A DNA stretch of 64,000 bases from a virus (lineage: Duplodnaviria; Caudoviricetes), in the IMG/VR virus record IMGVR_UViG_2974506496_000001, positions 32,001 to 96,000 of that record; one strand, written 5' to 3'. Below, in pieces: positions 47,920-56,623 of this stretch. Numbering within the stretch: the first letter of the stretch is position 1; each line of letters begins with the position of its first letter. Position numbers and translations under genes: made by a program. The notes under the pieces are model-generated. The model saw nothing but the letters and a program-made list of their open reading frames with translations. It did not search any database and was not told where the DNA came from.

Positions 47920-48648
47920 GTGATGGATATTGATAATAAAAAGATCTTGGGGTTGGTGTTGAATGACTTCGTGGACATGTACATGCTACAGCTCAACAAC
48001 AAGAACCGTGATGTCTGCATCAACGAGTTAAACTCGGGGCTGTGTGGTGTAGCGGCCATGTGCGTTGGGAATGTCATGCGTGAGCGCTACGGAGCAACTG
48101 ACATCGACTGGGAGTCACACTGTTTGCACATGTGGTTGGTATTGGATGGCAAACGCTACGACACCCTTTATCCGGAAGGTTATGACGTACCGGTGGTAGA
48201 TGCCTGGTTACTGAAAGAGCAGAAATACAACAGCCATGTCATGGCCGGAGAAAGTGTCATCGATATTGAAGATAACAGTGGTTATGTAGCGGGCGGTTGG
48301 TGGGATTGTCTCTATCTCATCAAAGGCTGGTATGAACGTTACGGTATGACGCCTCCTGCTTACGTTAAACGCATGATGACTAACTTACGCGGTAATCATC
48401 TCCATCGCCGAGAGCGTCGTGCAGCGCGCCGTTACCAGCTCGTGTTGAAAGCCCCACTTCCCTCCTTTACCGATGAAGTGCGCACCAACACCGTATTGCC
48501 GATGACCCACTATTGGCACGGTGAGTTCGAAGGTAGCCAAGAGCGTGTTCTGGCACGTAAGCCGGGCATGCCGTCCGTGAAGACCTATAAAAGCTTATTG
48601 AAGTATTACCGTGAGAAAGGCGTGCCTGTCACGCAGTACTTCTGTTAA
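47920..48648 (+). CDS. putative transglutaminase/papain-like Cys-His-Asp protein
   Basis: NSGLCG..HMWL..YDT; paralog of 56077. Confidence 0.55.
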   Translation: MMDIDNKKILGLVLNDFVDMYMLQLNNKNRDVCINELNSGLCGVAAMCVGNVMRERYGATDIDWESHCLHMWLVLDGKRYDTLYPEGYDVPVVDAWLLKEQKYNSHVMAGESVIDIEDNSGYVAGGWWDCLYLIKGWYERYGMTPPAYVKRMMTNLRGNHLHRRERRAARRYQLVLKAPLPSFTDEVRTNTVLPMTHYWHGEFEGSQERVLARKPGMPSVKTYKSLLKYYREKGVPVTQYFC

Positions 48649-48677
48649 TCAACCATCTATTAAGAAGGACGCGATTT

Positions 48678-49229
48678 ATGACACTGAAGAGTAATAAACA
48701 ACTGAATGCCGAGACCCCTGAACTGCGTGACTTGGTTATCGTCATTGACGGTTTGAACATCCTGGACTTGAATCTGGCACCAGGGGCCCGTGCGCCGCGT
48801 TATAGCGTTCAACTGTCAGGCGATATGGGATTGACCGCAACCAATAAACGTGCAGTGTATGGTCATGCCGCACAATTGTTAAACGCACTCCTGGAGAGAG
48901 GGTTCTCTGCCCATGCGAACGTGTCACGTGATGATCTGGACAACGACACCGCACGTGCAACTGAAATCATGCAACAGGCGATCACTTTATTGGTTGAAAC
49001 TGGTGAAGATGTTATCGTGCGTTGCCACTCTCTGTCTATTTCAGTCACCACGGTTGATTTCGACTTGACTGAACTGCGTGTCATCAGCGATGAAGCAATG
49101 GCGAAGGTCGAGTTCCTACTGGCACAGCCGGGCGAACCGTCCGAGGCGTTAACTGAGTTGATGACCGGTAAGCGTAAGTATCTCATCCGTGAAGACCTGG
49201 ATGAGGCTGCACCGCAGTCACCAATCTAG
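48678..49229 (+). CDS. hypothetical protein with DUF1778 (TacA/AtaR)-like C-terminus
   Basis: ISDEAMAKVEFLLAQPGEPSEALTELM. Confidence 0.5.
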   Translation: MTLKSNKQLNAETPELRDLVIVIDGLNILDLNLAPGARAPRYSVQLSGDMGLTATNKRAVYGHAAQLLNALLERGFSAHANVSRDDLDNDTARATEIMQQAITLLVETGEDVIVRCHSLSISVTTVDFDLTELRVISDEAMAKVEFLLAQPGEPSEALTELMTGKRKYLIREDLDEAAPQSPI

Positions 49230-49262
49230 TAATTAAATACTAGGCAGCGTAATCATATACGT

Positions 49263-49303
49263 AAAGGGGTCTGGTGAAAGCCATATCCCTTTTGGTTATG
49301 CTG
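49263..49303 (+). terminator. hairpin + TTATGCT element followed by T tract
   Basis: Imperfect AAAGGGGT.TGG/CCA.ATCCCTTT stem. Confidence 0.65.
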
Positions 49304-49399
49304 TCTTTTTTTTTTGGTTAAGAAATACTAGCCTTCTCCATTATATGCAATTTACACGATACACTTTTCTATTTACTACATCGGCAAGAGAGATAAGAC

Positions 49400-49543
49400 A
49401 TGAGCGCACCTGAAGAATTTGATATGGACGGCCTGGAATCACTGGATCTGGAAGGCGCTGAGAAAGCGGCAGAAGAGAAAGCAGCCGGCGGTGGCGAAGC
49501 CCTGTCTGATGGCGAAGCAGATTGCGAAGGTTGCAAGATCTAA
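49400..49543 (+). CDS. 47-aa acidic peptide ending CEGCKI, resembling the NrdA C-terminal redox tail (not in ORF track)
   Basis: MSAPEEFDMDGLESLDLEGAEKAAEEKAAGGGEALSDGEADCEGCKI*; purine-rich leader; codon usage like neighbouring genes. Confidence 0.8.
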   Translation: MSAPEEFDMDGLESLDLEGAEKAAEEKAAGGGEALSDGEADCEGCKI

Positions 49544-49569
49544 ATGCTGTGATGTGAATCGGGTCTGAT

Positions 49570-49896
49570 ATGGGATCAGTTAACCGAGGAAACATCACGA
49601 ACATCTATCTTGTCCAACGCAAATCAGAGCCCCGTTACACACCGGATTCATTTATCGCTGTTGCAGCATCGACCGAAGAGGTGCTGATGATTCACCCTAG
49701 CTACTTTCAGGGAAAGAACACACCTGTGAAGTTCGACGAGGCAATGGCCGCCCTCTGGGCGAATGAGTTATCCGATAGTCCAATGGATCATCAATGGGTT
49801 ACCAATAAGAACGAGCTCGAGGTCACCTATCTGGGTGAGGCTGCGATGGAGTTCACCGGCCCCACGATCATTGAGATGTGGTACGGGTACGCCTGA
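49570..49896 (+). CDS. hypothetical protein
   Basis: NIYLV......DSF.AVA.S.EE; start uncertain. Confidence 0.65.
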   Translation: MGSVNRGNITNIYLVQRKSEPRYTPDSFIAVAASTEEVLMIHPSYFQGKNTPVKFDEAMAALWANELSDSPMDHQWVTNKNELEVTYLGEAAMEFTGPTIIEMWYGYA

Positions 49897-49902
49897 TCAT
49901 AC

Positions 49903-49931
49903 GGGGAGGCTTCGGCCTCCCTTTATGCCGG
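49903..49931 (+). terminator. hairpin (TTCG loop) + TTATGCCGG element
   Basis: GGGGAGGC-TTCG-GCCTCCCT. Confidence 0.8.
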
Positions 49932-49973
49932 TCGTTATCCTATGACTTGTATTTGGCAGGTCTGAGGTGACGT

Positions 49974-50585
49974 ATGTTTAAACGTTTCATGTTCTATCTG
50001 TTCAGTAAGTTATTTGACCATAAAGGGGAGTACACCATGTCCGAAGCAGTGAAAGATCAGCAAAGCAATGATGTTAATGCAACCAACGATGTTGAGGTGC
50101 AGCCAACACCTGCTGAGACCTCTGCACCGGAACTGGCATCTAACGATGTGGTTGCCGCACCGGAAGCCGCAGGCGACGCCCGTCCTGAAGTCCAGGATAC
50201 GGTAGAGTCGACGCCAGTGGTGATTGAACCGGCTGCAGTTGCTGAACCATCCGCACCTGTCGTGGCACCTGCTCCTGTTGTTGTACCTGCGGCTGAGCCA
50301 GCTCCCGCACCTGTAGCACCGACCACCCCGACCGACAGCGATAAGACTGAAGGCGAACCCGATACCAATCGCTTCGACCATCTGGCCAGCACCTTGAAGA
50401 GTTTACTTCAGGTAGCCGGTCATGAGCTCGACGAAGCATTTGACGATGCAGTACCTTTGGCAAAACAGATCGCTTCCAGTGACGAAGAGTTCGGTGACAA
50501 GCTGAAAGGCATCCTTGTGGTTGTCGGCCGTGAATACGGCGAAGCTTTCCATCATTTCTTCAGCTATGCGAAGAAGCACATCTAA
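49974..50585 (+). CDS. Ala/Pro/Glu-rich protein with duplicated C-terminal helical motif (alternative start 50037)
   Basis: Two SD-preceded ATGs; LK.LL...G.E..EAF......AK occurs twice. Confidence 0.75.
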   Translation: MFKRFMFYLFSKLFDHKGEYTMSEAVKDQQSNDVNATNDVEVQPTPAETSAPELASNDVVAAPEAAGDARPEVQDTVESTPVVIEPAAVAEPSAPVVAPAPVVVPAAEPAPAPVAPTTPTDSDKTEGEPDTNRFDHLASTLKSLLQVAGHELDEAFDDAVPLAKQIASSDEEFGDKLKGILVVVGREYGEAFHHFFSYAKKHI

Positions 50586-50591
50586 GAAAAC

Positions 50592-50623
50592 AGGGGGCGG
50601 GATTTCCTGCCCCTTTTATGCCG
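50592..50623 (+). terminator. hairpin + TTATGCCG element
   Basis: GGGGCGGGA/TCCTGCCCC. Confidence 0.8.
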
Positions 50624-50663
50624 ATTATCTTATAACTGACTTACATCATTAAAGGGTTTTACC

Positions 50664-51629
50664 ATGACAGTTATTCAGCACGAGGCTATTGGTTATTGCG
50701 GGCATGCCATGATGGTGCACCAAATGGAAAAAGATCAAGCAACCATTAAGCAATACGCAAAGCAGTTGGAAGGTGCCGGGCTGGAGGCGTTTGATACCCC
50801 TTCGCACAAACTGGTACTGCAGGGCATGTCTGCTCGTTACGGCGATTACATGAAGCTTGGTTCTGGTCAGGAAGGACTGGGAACAATGGTTCTGTTGGGG
50901 GTGGCTATCGGTGGCGGGGTGGCGGCATACAAGAAATTGATGCTGGCGAAAAACTCGCCGATTACAAAAGATATCAGTGATGTATTGAGTAAGGTCACTG
51001 AAACCTATACCCCGAAATGGCTCGAAGGTAAAACCTCGGTTAATAAAGATGTGACTTGCGGAAAACTGAATAAGTTATTCGGCGGGTCTGAGTTGTCAGT
51101 ACTTGATACTGCAGCCATCAAATACGCCACCCAAGCTGAACGTGAAGCAAAAACAGCCGGCGTATATTTGACAGGCGCGTGGGATAAAATAAAACCTCTG
51201 TTAGAGCGGTGGAAGAAAGCTGGTGAAGGGGAGGAGGATGAAGTCATCGAGCTAATGACTGATCTATACCCAGAGCCACCTTACTCTACTATGCCTGCTA
51301 TTCACGCCAATACCCCTGGGGGTAAAGGTGAAAAAGTTAAAGCTCTCTCAGAGGCTGAATATCCTAAAGCAGTTGCATTATTGAAAGCACTCCTGAAAGC
51401 CGCCGAAGAAGTCGACGGGATGTCTTACGATATTGCCAATAACGTTGGCTTTAAAGATCACTGGTACGATGGTATCCCGGCCGATAAACGTGGTGAGGAA
51501 CACGCATTCCAATACGGACACTACCGCTACTACCTTGACCATTGTGGCGTAAAGACATGGAACCAACACGAAACATTGATCAATGCAGCGCGCGGTGTCG
51601 AGGAATGGATCACCAAGTCATTTAAGTAA
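50664..51629 (+). CDS. putative internal head protein with propeptide
   Basis: AGLE/A and SGQE/G resemble phiKZ-type S/A/G-x-E head protease sites; flanked by hairpin elements. Confidence 0.55.
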   Translation: MTVIQHEAIGYCGHAMMVHQMEKDQATIKQYAKQLEGAGLEAFDTPSHKLVLQGMSARYGDYMKLGSGQEGLGTMVLLGVAIGGGVAAYKKLMLAKNSPITKDISDVLSKVTETYTPKWLEGKTSVNKDVTCGKLNKLFGGSELSVLDTAAIKYATQAEREAKTAGVYLTGAWDKIKPLLERWKKAGEGEEDEVIELMTDLYPEPPYSTMPAIHANTPGGKGEKVKALSEAEYPKAVALLKALLKAAEEVDGMSYDIANNVGFKDHWYDGIPADKRGEEHAFQYGHYRYYLDHCGVKTWNQHETLINAARGVEEWITKSFK

Positions 51630-51637
51630 TCGCTACG

Positions 51638-51670
51638 AGGGGAGGGATAACACCTCCCCTTTTATGCCGG
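51638..51670 (+). terminator. hairpin + TTTATGCCGG element
   Basis: AGGGGAGG/CCTCCCCT. Confidence 0.8.
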
Positions 51671-51713
51671 GCGCGGAATCGTATAGGTGCTTTTGCCAAC
51701 GAGGAATCTTATC

Positions 51714-52496
51714 GTGTTTGAAATGCTTTTAGGCGGTAGTCCGAACGGGAACTTGCCATTTGGGCAGTTGTTAGCCAAAACAACAACAGACTTTACAGTT
51801 CCTGCCGGAGTGACCGATATTTCCGGTGTTGCTATCGGTGGTGGTGGTGGTAACTCACGCGGCAATACCATTGGTGGGTCAGGGGGTGATTTACGCTGGC
51901 GTAATCACATTGCCGTTATTCCAGGTGAAGTGCTGTCACTTATTACCGGTGTGGTAACAGCTGCTGGGAAACCGGGCACCTCCAGTAAGATCATCCGTAA
52001 GTCAACCGGCGAAGTATTACTGGTCGCTAAAGGCGGTGACTCCACTGATGTATCAACACCGATCAATGGAGCTGATATAGGTGGCGGGAACGGTGGTGCT
52101 GGCACCAATCCATCAGGTGGTGGTGCTGGCGGGTATACCGGCAATGGTGGTAAAGGTGGTTCAGCTGCCGATGTTGATTCTGGTGGTGGCGGTGGTGGTG
52201 GTTCTTATACCTTCAGCGGAAACAGTTTTGGTTGTGGCGGTGGTGGTGTCTACCCTAACGGTAAAGGCGCTGATGGTGGCGCACCCCCTGTCAATACCGG
52301 CAGTCAGGCGTTTGGTGGTAAAGGGGGTTCTGGTGGTAATCCTGGTCAAAACACGAATGGGGGCTTATACGGCGGCGGCGCTGGCGCACCCATTAGGATA
52401 ACCTTTGCAACAACAGGGACTGCCGGCTGCATCAGACTCATCTGGGGTTCGGGTCGTGCTTTCCCAGCTACGAAGACCGCAGATATTACAGCATAA
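51714..52496 (+). CDS. glycine-rich domain protein, putative virion/tail-associated
   Basis: FTVPAGVT.I..VAIGGGGG, GGSGG.L...N.I.V.PGE; GTG start with GAGG SD gives MFEMLL. Confidence 0.7.
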   Translation: MFEMLLGGSPNGNLPFGQLLAKTTTDFTVPAGVTDISGVAIGGGGGNSRGNTIGGSGGDLRWRNHIAVIPGEVLSLITGVVTAAGKPGTSSKIIRKSTGEVLLVAKGGDSTDVSTPINGADIGGGNGGAGTNPSGGGAGGYTGNGGKGGSAADVDSGGGGGGGSYTFSGNSFGCGGGGVYPNGKGADGGAPPVNTGSQAFGGKGGSGGNPGQNTNGGLYGGGAGAPIRITFATTGTAGCIRLIWGSGRAFPATKTADITA

Positions 52497-52555
52497 ATGT
52501 TAAGGGATAAATAGGTTATAAATATATGAAACCCTCCCCTCATTGAGATTGAATT

Positions 52556-53134
52556 ATGGCCAAGATGACTTTCTATTACGCTTCGATGAACGCCGGCAAA
52601 TCCACTGCGTGCATTCAAGCGGGTTACAACTATTTAGAACGCGGACTGCGGGCCTTGATGATCAAGCCTGAGGTTGATAACCGCGATGACACAGAGAAGG
52701 TCAGCTCGCGCGTCGGTCTCAGTGCGAAGGCGGTTGTTTTTGACAGTGAGGTTAATCTAACCGAACTGGTATTACACCAGATGAAAACTTCCAAGGTCTC
52801 GGTGGTGCTGGTTGATGAGGCGCAGTTCCTGACACCGGATCAAGTCAAAGAGCTCAGTGACATCGCCGACTTCGAAGACATCCCCGTGGTCTGTTATGGT
52901 TTGCGTACCGATTTCCAAGGTGAACTCTTTCCTGGGTCTGCAGCCTTGATGGCTCGCTCAGATCGCCTTAAAGAACTGATCGGTGTTTGCCACTGTGGCA
53001 AGACAGCTCACTTCGTACTGCGTCGTGATGACAAAGGTCAGGTGGTGAAAGAAGGCGAGCAAATCCTGATTGGCGGGAATGACCGCTATGAAGCAGTGTG
53101 TCGCAAGCACCACCGCGTTGCTATGCTGAGTTAA
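52556..53134 (+). CDS. tdk: thymidine kinase
   Basis: Y.SMNAGKST, SRVG, VDEAQFL, YGLRTDF, CHCG, Y.AVCRKH. Confidence 0.97.
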   Translation: MAKMTFYYASMNAGKSTACIQAGYNYLERGLRALMIKPEVDNRDDTEKVSSRVGLSAKAVVFDSEVNLTELVLHQMKTSKVSVVLVDEAQFLTPDQVKELSDIADFEDIPVVCYGLRTDFQGELFPGSAALMARSDRLKELIGVCHCGKTAHFVLRRDDKGQVVKEGEQILIGGNDRYEAVCRKHHRVAMLS

Positions 53135-53149
53135 GCCTAAGAGGTAGGT

Positions 53150-53866
53150 ATGTTAGAAATGATAATGGCGATGCCAAAGGCGCTGATACCTAAAGCCGGT
53201 CAGCCGCTGATGGGGTTTAACTTTGATCAGGGTAAAAGCATTAGTGCACCGAGTGCAACCGCGTACTCCGGCGGGACGATTGAAACACTTAGCGCCAGTA
53301 ACGCCCTTGCGGGATATGGTCGTAGCTTGCGTTGTAATGGCACTGTCACCAACGTTACCCCGCTGAGCGCATTATCAACCCTCGGGCTGGGTGATTTCAC
53401 TTTAGAGTGTTACGCCTGGATGACCACGATTCCCAGTGCCTATTTCCAGCTCTTCCTGCTCCAGTTCGCTAACGGCAAATACCTCACCATCCGTGTGGGT
53501 GATGGCGGGTACGGCCAGCGCATGCAGGTAGGGATCGATTTAGGCAATGGCGGTAACTACTGCAGTAGCAAGACTGGTCCTTCATTGCGTAACGGCTGGC
53601 ACCATTATGCTTTTGTGCGTAAAGCCGGGAAGTGTCGCTTCTTCATTGATGGGCAGCTTCAGTTACTGGCGCTGGGCACTAGCACCACCTTTAACCTCAC
53701 TGAGTTTAACGGGAACTTTGATCTGTCGGGTAATTTGAGTTCGTTCGCTATTGGTAAAGCCAACTCCGGTGTAGGTGATATGTACATGCCTGAATTCCTC
53801 TTGTCCAATACCGCACGCTATCAAGAAACCTTTACACCACCTCCCGGTCCTATCTACCGCCCGTGA
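53150..53866 (+). CDS. LamG/concanavalin A-like domain protein, putative virion/tail-associated
   Basis: GDFTLEC, WHH.A.VR..G...FFIDG, ARY...FTPP; N-terminal MLEMIM. Confidence 0.75.
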   Translation: MLEMIMAMPKALIPKAGQPLMGFNFDQGKSISAPSATAYSGGTIETLSASNALAGYGRSLRCNGTVTNVTPLSALSTLGLGDFTLECYAWMTTIPSAYFQLFLLQFANGKYLTIRVGDGGYGQRMQVGIDLGNGGNYCSSKTGPSLRNGWHHYAFVRKAGKCRFFIDGQLQLLALGTSTTFNLTEFNGNFDLSGNLSSFAIGKANSGVGDMYMPEFLLSNTARYQETFTPPPGPIYRP

Positions 53867-53872
53867 CATTCT

Positions 53873-53900
53873 GCCAGGGTTTGTCCCTGGCTTTATGCCG
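53873..53900 (+). terminator. hairpin + TTTATGCCG element
   Basis: GCCAGGG/CCCTGGC. Confidence 0.8.
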
Positions 53901-53916
53901 CCCAAAGTATCTCAGT

Positions 53917-53926
53917 CCTACATTAC
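53917..53926 (+). promoter_or_regulatory. putative early promoter CCTACATTAC
   Basis: Recurrent motif. Confidence 0.65.
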
Positions 53927-53989
53927 CCTTGTGTAGAAAACAACATTGTTAACTTAACCTATAGTGTTTTAGCTGGGAGGTTTCTTAAG

Positions 53990-54352
53990 ATGAATCACTT
54001 ATTATTGGATGTGACCGAGAATGTCACCCCGATCACGCGCCAATTTACCAATACCGATTGGGATGGCATCCTGCGCGATGTTAGCTTGTACATCATGCGC
54101 CTTTACTGTGCCTCCCGAGTACTTGGCGAACATATTCCCCATAACCCTGCGGCGCACTTAAAGGACATTCAGTGGCGCTATGGCTTTGACCCGAATGACG
54201 GGCCGGTCTCGGTAGAGTTTGTGAAACTGTATAAATGCCTGAGTGAGGCCATCGGGCTTTATGTGACACAGACCAACCCCACTAAACTGTTAACCGTAGT
54301 ACGTGTTTCAACGGCTAACAACATTTTTCAACTGCACTTAGGATATGCCTGA
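53990..54352 (+). CDS. hypothetical protein
   Basis: GGAGG SD. Confidence 0.75.
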   Translation: MNHLLLDVTENVTPITRQFTNTDWDGILRDVSLYIMRLYCASRVLGEHIPHNPAAHLKDIQWRYGFDPNDGPVSVEFVKLYKCLSEAIGLYVTQTNPTKLLTVVRVSTANNIFQLHLGYA

Positions 54353-56061
54353 TGTCATCATTAACCACCAATGAAGTTGTTGAGCATTTAGACCAGTACG
54401 TAATTGGGCAGGTAAATGCCAAACGGGCGATCGCATTGGCGTATCGTGAACGAAGCTTGAAAGCGGAGAACAGCGGAGAAGGCTGGCGTTATATCACCCC
54501 GTCTAACATCATGATGGTCGGGCCGTCAGGCAGCGGTAAGACGGAACTGGCTAAGCAGTTAGCGGACATGACCAACTCACCTTTTGTGAAGTGCGAGATC
54601 ACCGAGTTCACACAAGTCGGTTACTACGGGCGCGACGTTAAAACCATTCTGACTGATCTGTTGAAAGAAGCCATTCGGATTGCCCCGGAGATCTGGCGGA
54701 AAGAAAACAAACCAAAACTCAGTAAAGCGAACCGTGACCTGTTGGCACTGATGCTCAAAGACCCAGAGACGTTGGATGCCTTTGCTAAAGCACTGAACAT
54801 CACCACTGATAAATGCACTGTGCCGTTTGTGGAAGAGAAGCTCCTCAACGGCACCACCCTGCGTAAGCTCAATGTGCGTTACGGTTGGCGAGCGAATCCT
54901 TTACTGGCGGCCATCGATAAGCGGGCGGATAAACCGGAGAAGGGAGAAGAAGAGCCCCCAATGGAAGATGCGGCGGCGTGGACGCAGTGGTATGTCCGCA
55001 CCAAGATGAACTTTAGCAAGCTCGGGTATTCAGGCACTGAAGACAGTCTGGTGAAAGAAGCTGCCCGCGTGTTAGAAGCGATTCCTATTAAGGATAAGAT
55101 GGAACCGGTGCTGATTGAGGTAATTGGCGAAACCCTTAATGAGAAACGCAAAAAGATCATCGCTGCCCGCGGCGCCAGTCAACCGAAACTGATTCGTCTG
55201 CTGCTGGATGAGAAAGACTACAAAGCCCTGTGCCGTAAGCTACTGGAAACAATGGGTTCCCGACTGTGGATGAAGCTTGACACCATCATCGATATCGGTG
55301 ATGCGCTGAATCAAAGCAAGAACCCACCGCCGGACTTCATTGTTAAACTGGTTGAAGAACGCGGCATTGTCTTCATTGATGAGTTCGACAAGATCTTCCT
55401 CGACAGCCGGGGCGAGAACGTCGGTAACATGGGTGTAGTGCGTGACCTGATGCCTTACCTTGATGGGGTCGTGACTGAAGTCTCTACGGTCAATGAACGT
55501 GAACGGGGTGGTGGGTTATTTGGTGAACGGAACGAGAAGTACATCATCAATACCGCTAATATCCTCTGGATCGCATCAGGTGCGTTTCATCTCGCTAAGG
55601 TGAGTGATGTACCCGCTGAGATCTTAGGACGTCTCCCTGTGCATGTGAAGCTCAATCGCTTGACTGCAGATGATCTGGAAAAGGTACTCATCAAACCCCA
55701 CGGGTCGGTCATTGCTGGCGTGACACTGTTGATGTCAGCTGAAGGGGCTGAGTTCGTTATTGATGCCGCTGCGATTCGTGCTATTGCTGACTTGGCCTAT
55801 GAGTGTAATACCGTTGGTGAGGACACCGGAGCACGTCGTCTGAAAGGCGTCTGTTTCGAGCTGTTCCGCGACATGCTCTATGGCGCATCTAATCTATTAC
55901 CTGACCAAAAGAAAGTGCACTTCACCGCAGAGCAAGTGATGGCTGAGCGTGAACGCATTCTGGCGACTGTTGAGCGCCGTAAAGAAAAACCCAAAGAAAC
56001 CGACCCTGCTCAGCGCTTTGCAAAAGCCATGAAAGAGCTCGGGACTTTGGTTAACAATTAA
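54352..56061 (+). CDS. hslU: HslU-like AAA+ ATPase
   Basis: LDQYVIGQ..AKRA.A.A, P.NI.M.GPSGSGKT, FTQVGYYGRDV, GIVFIDEFDK, EILGRLP, GARRL. Confidence 0.9.
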   Translation: MSSLTTNEVVEHLDQYVIGQVNAKRAIALAYRERSLKAENSGEGWRYITPSNIMMVGPSGSGKTELAKQLADMTNSPFVKCEITEFTQVGYYGRDVKTILTDLLKEAIRIAPEIWRKENKPKLSKANRDLLALMLKDPETLDAFAKALNITTDKCTVPFVEEKLLNGTTLRKLNVRYGWRANPLLAAIDKRADKPEKGEEEPPMEDAAAWTQWYVRTKMNFSKLGYSGTEDSLVKEAARVLEAIPIKDKMEPVLIEVIGETLNEKRKKIIAARGASQPKLIRLLLDEKDYKALCRKLLETMGSRLWMKLDTIIDIGDALNQSKNPPPDFIVKLVEERGIVFIDEFDKIFLDSRGENVGNMGVVRDLMPYLDGVVTEVSTVNERERGGGLFGERNEKYIINTANILWIASGAFHLAKVSDVPAEILGRLPVHVKLNRLTADDLEKVLIKPHGSVIAGVTLLMSAEGAEFVIDAAAIRAIADLAYECNTVGEDTGARRLKGVCFELFRDMLYGASNLLPDQKKVHFTAEQVMAERERILATVERRKEKPKETDPAQRFAKAMKELGTLVNN

Positions 56062-56076
56062 CCCTCTGGAGTTGTC

Positions 56077-56616
56077 ATGGACCACAATACCGCTCTTTGT
56101 ACGTTAAACCCGAAAGTCTTGATTCAGAATGAGTTGTATCGCTTCATTCGTCTGTATGCTTTGTTTAATGACTTGGATGTCCACGATGTGAACGCAATAA
56201 CCAAGAAGATCAATTCTGGGGATTGTGGTCTGGCGGCAATTACTGTGCACCACCTGCTAAAGGAAAAGTACAAACTGGATACGGATATCCTGATGTGCCG
56301 TAATCACTGTTGGCTGGCTTATCAGGAAGGTGAATACGATACGGCCTTTCCCGGCGGGTACACGAAACGGGTGGTGGAAGTCTGGGACGGAAGCCCGGAT
56401 GAATCCGTCCACTATTTAACCTTTCAGGAAGCGTGTGATGAATGGATGCCAATGGATGTCAAAGGGGCTTACATTGTAAAAGCCTTCTGCGCCATCACGT
56501 GGACACAGTTTCCCAAAGAGCTTCAGCATTGCTTAGACAATGCGGACGAATATGAGATGCCGGGTATTGCAGCGCAGTACGAGGCGAAATGTAAATTTGT
56601 CACTGACAAGATGTAG
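56077..56616 (+). CDS. putative transglutaminase/papain-like Cys-His-Asp protein
   Basis: NSGDCG..HCWL..YDT; paralog of 47920. Confidence 0.55.
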   Translation: MDHNTALCTLNPKVLIQNELYRFIRLYALFNDLDVHDVNAITKKINSGDCGLAAITVHHLLKEKYKLDTDILMCRNHCWLAYQEGEYDTAFPGGYTKRVVEVWDGSPDESVHYLTFQEACDEWMPMDVKGAYIVKAFCAITWTQFPKELQHCLDNADEYEMPGIAAQYEAKCKFVTDKM

Positions 56617-56623
56617 GTGAATT

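Noticed and set aside
51830-52390. GGT/GGC tandem repeats as a VNTR or diversity-generating target
   Set aside because: Explained by glycine codons of a Gly-rich domain. No reverse transcriptase or template repeat is present in the window.
23887-56061. Inteins explaining the insertions in ThyA and HslU
   Set aside because: No intein-type N-terminal block or HN-C/S/T junction was seen, and the ThyA inserts are too short.
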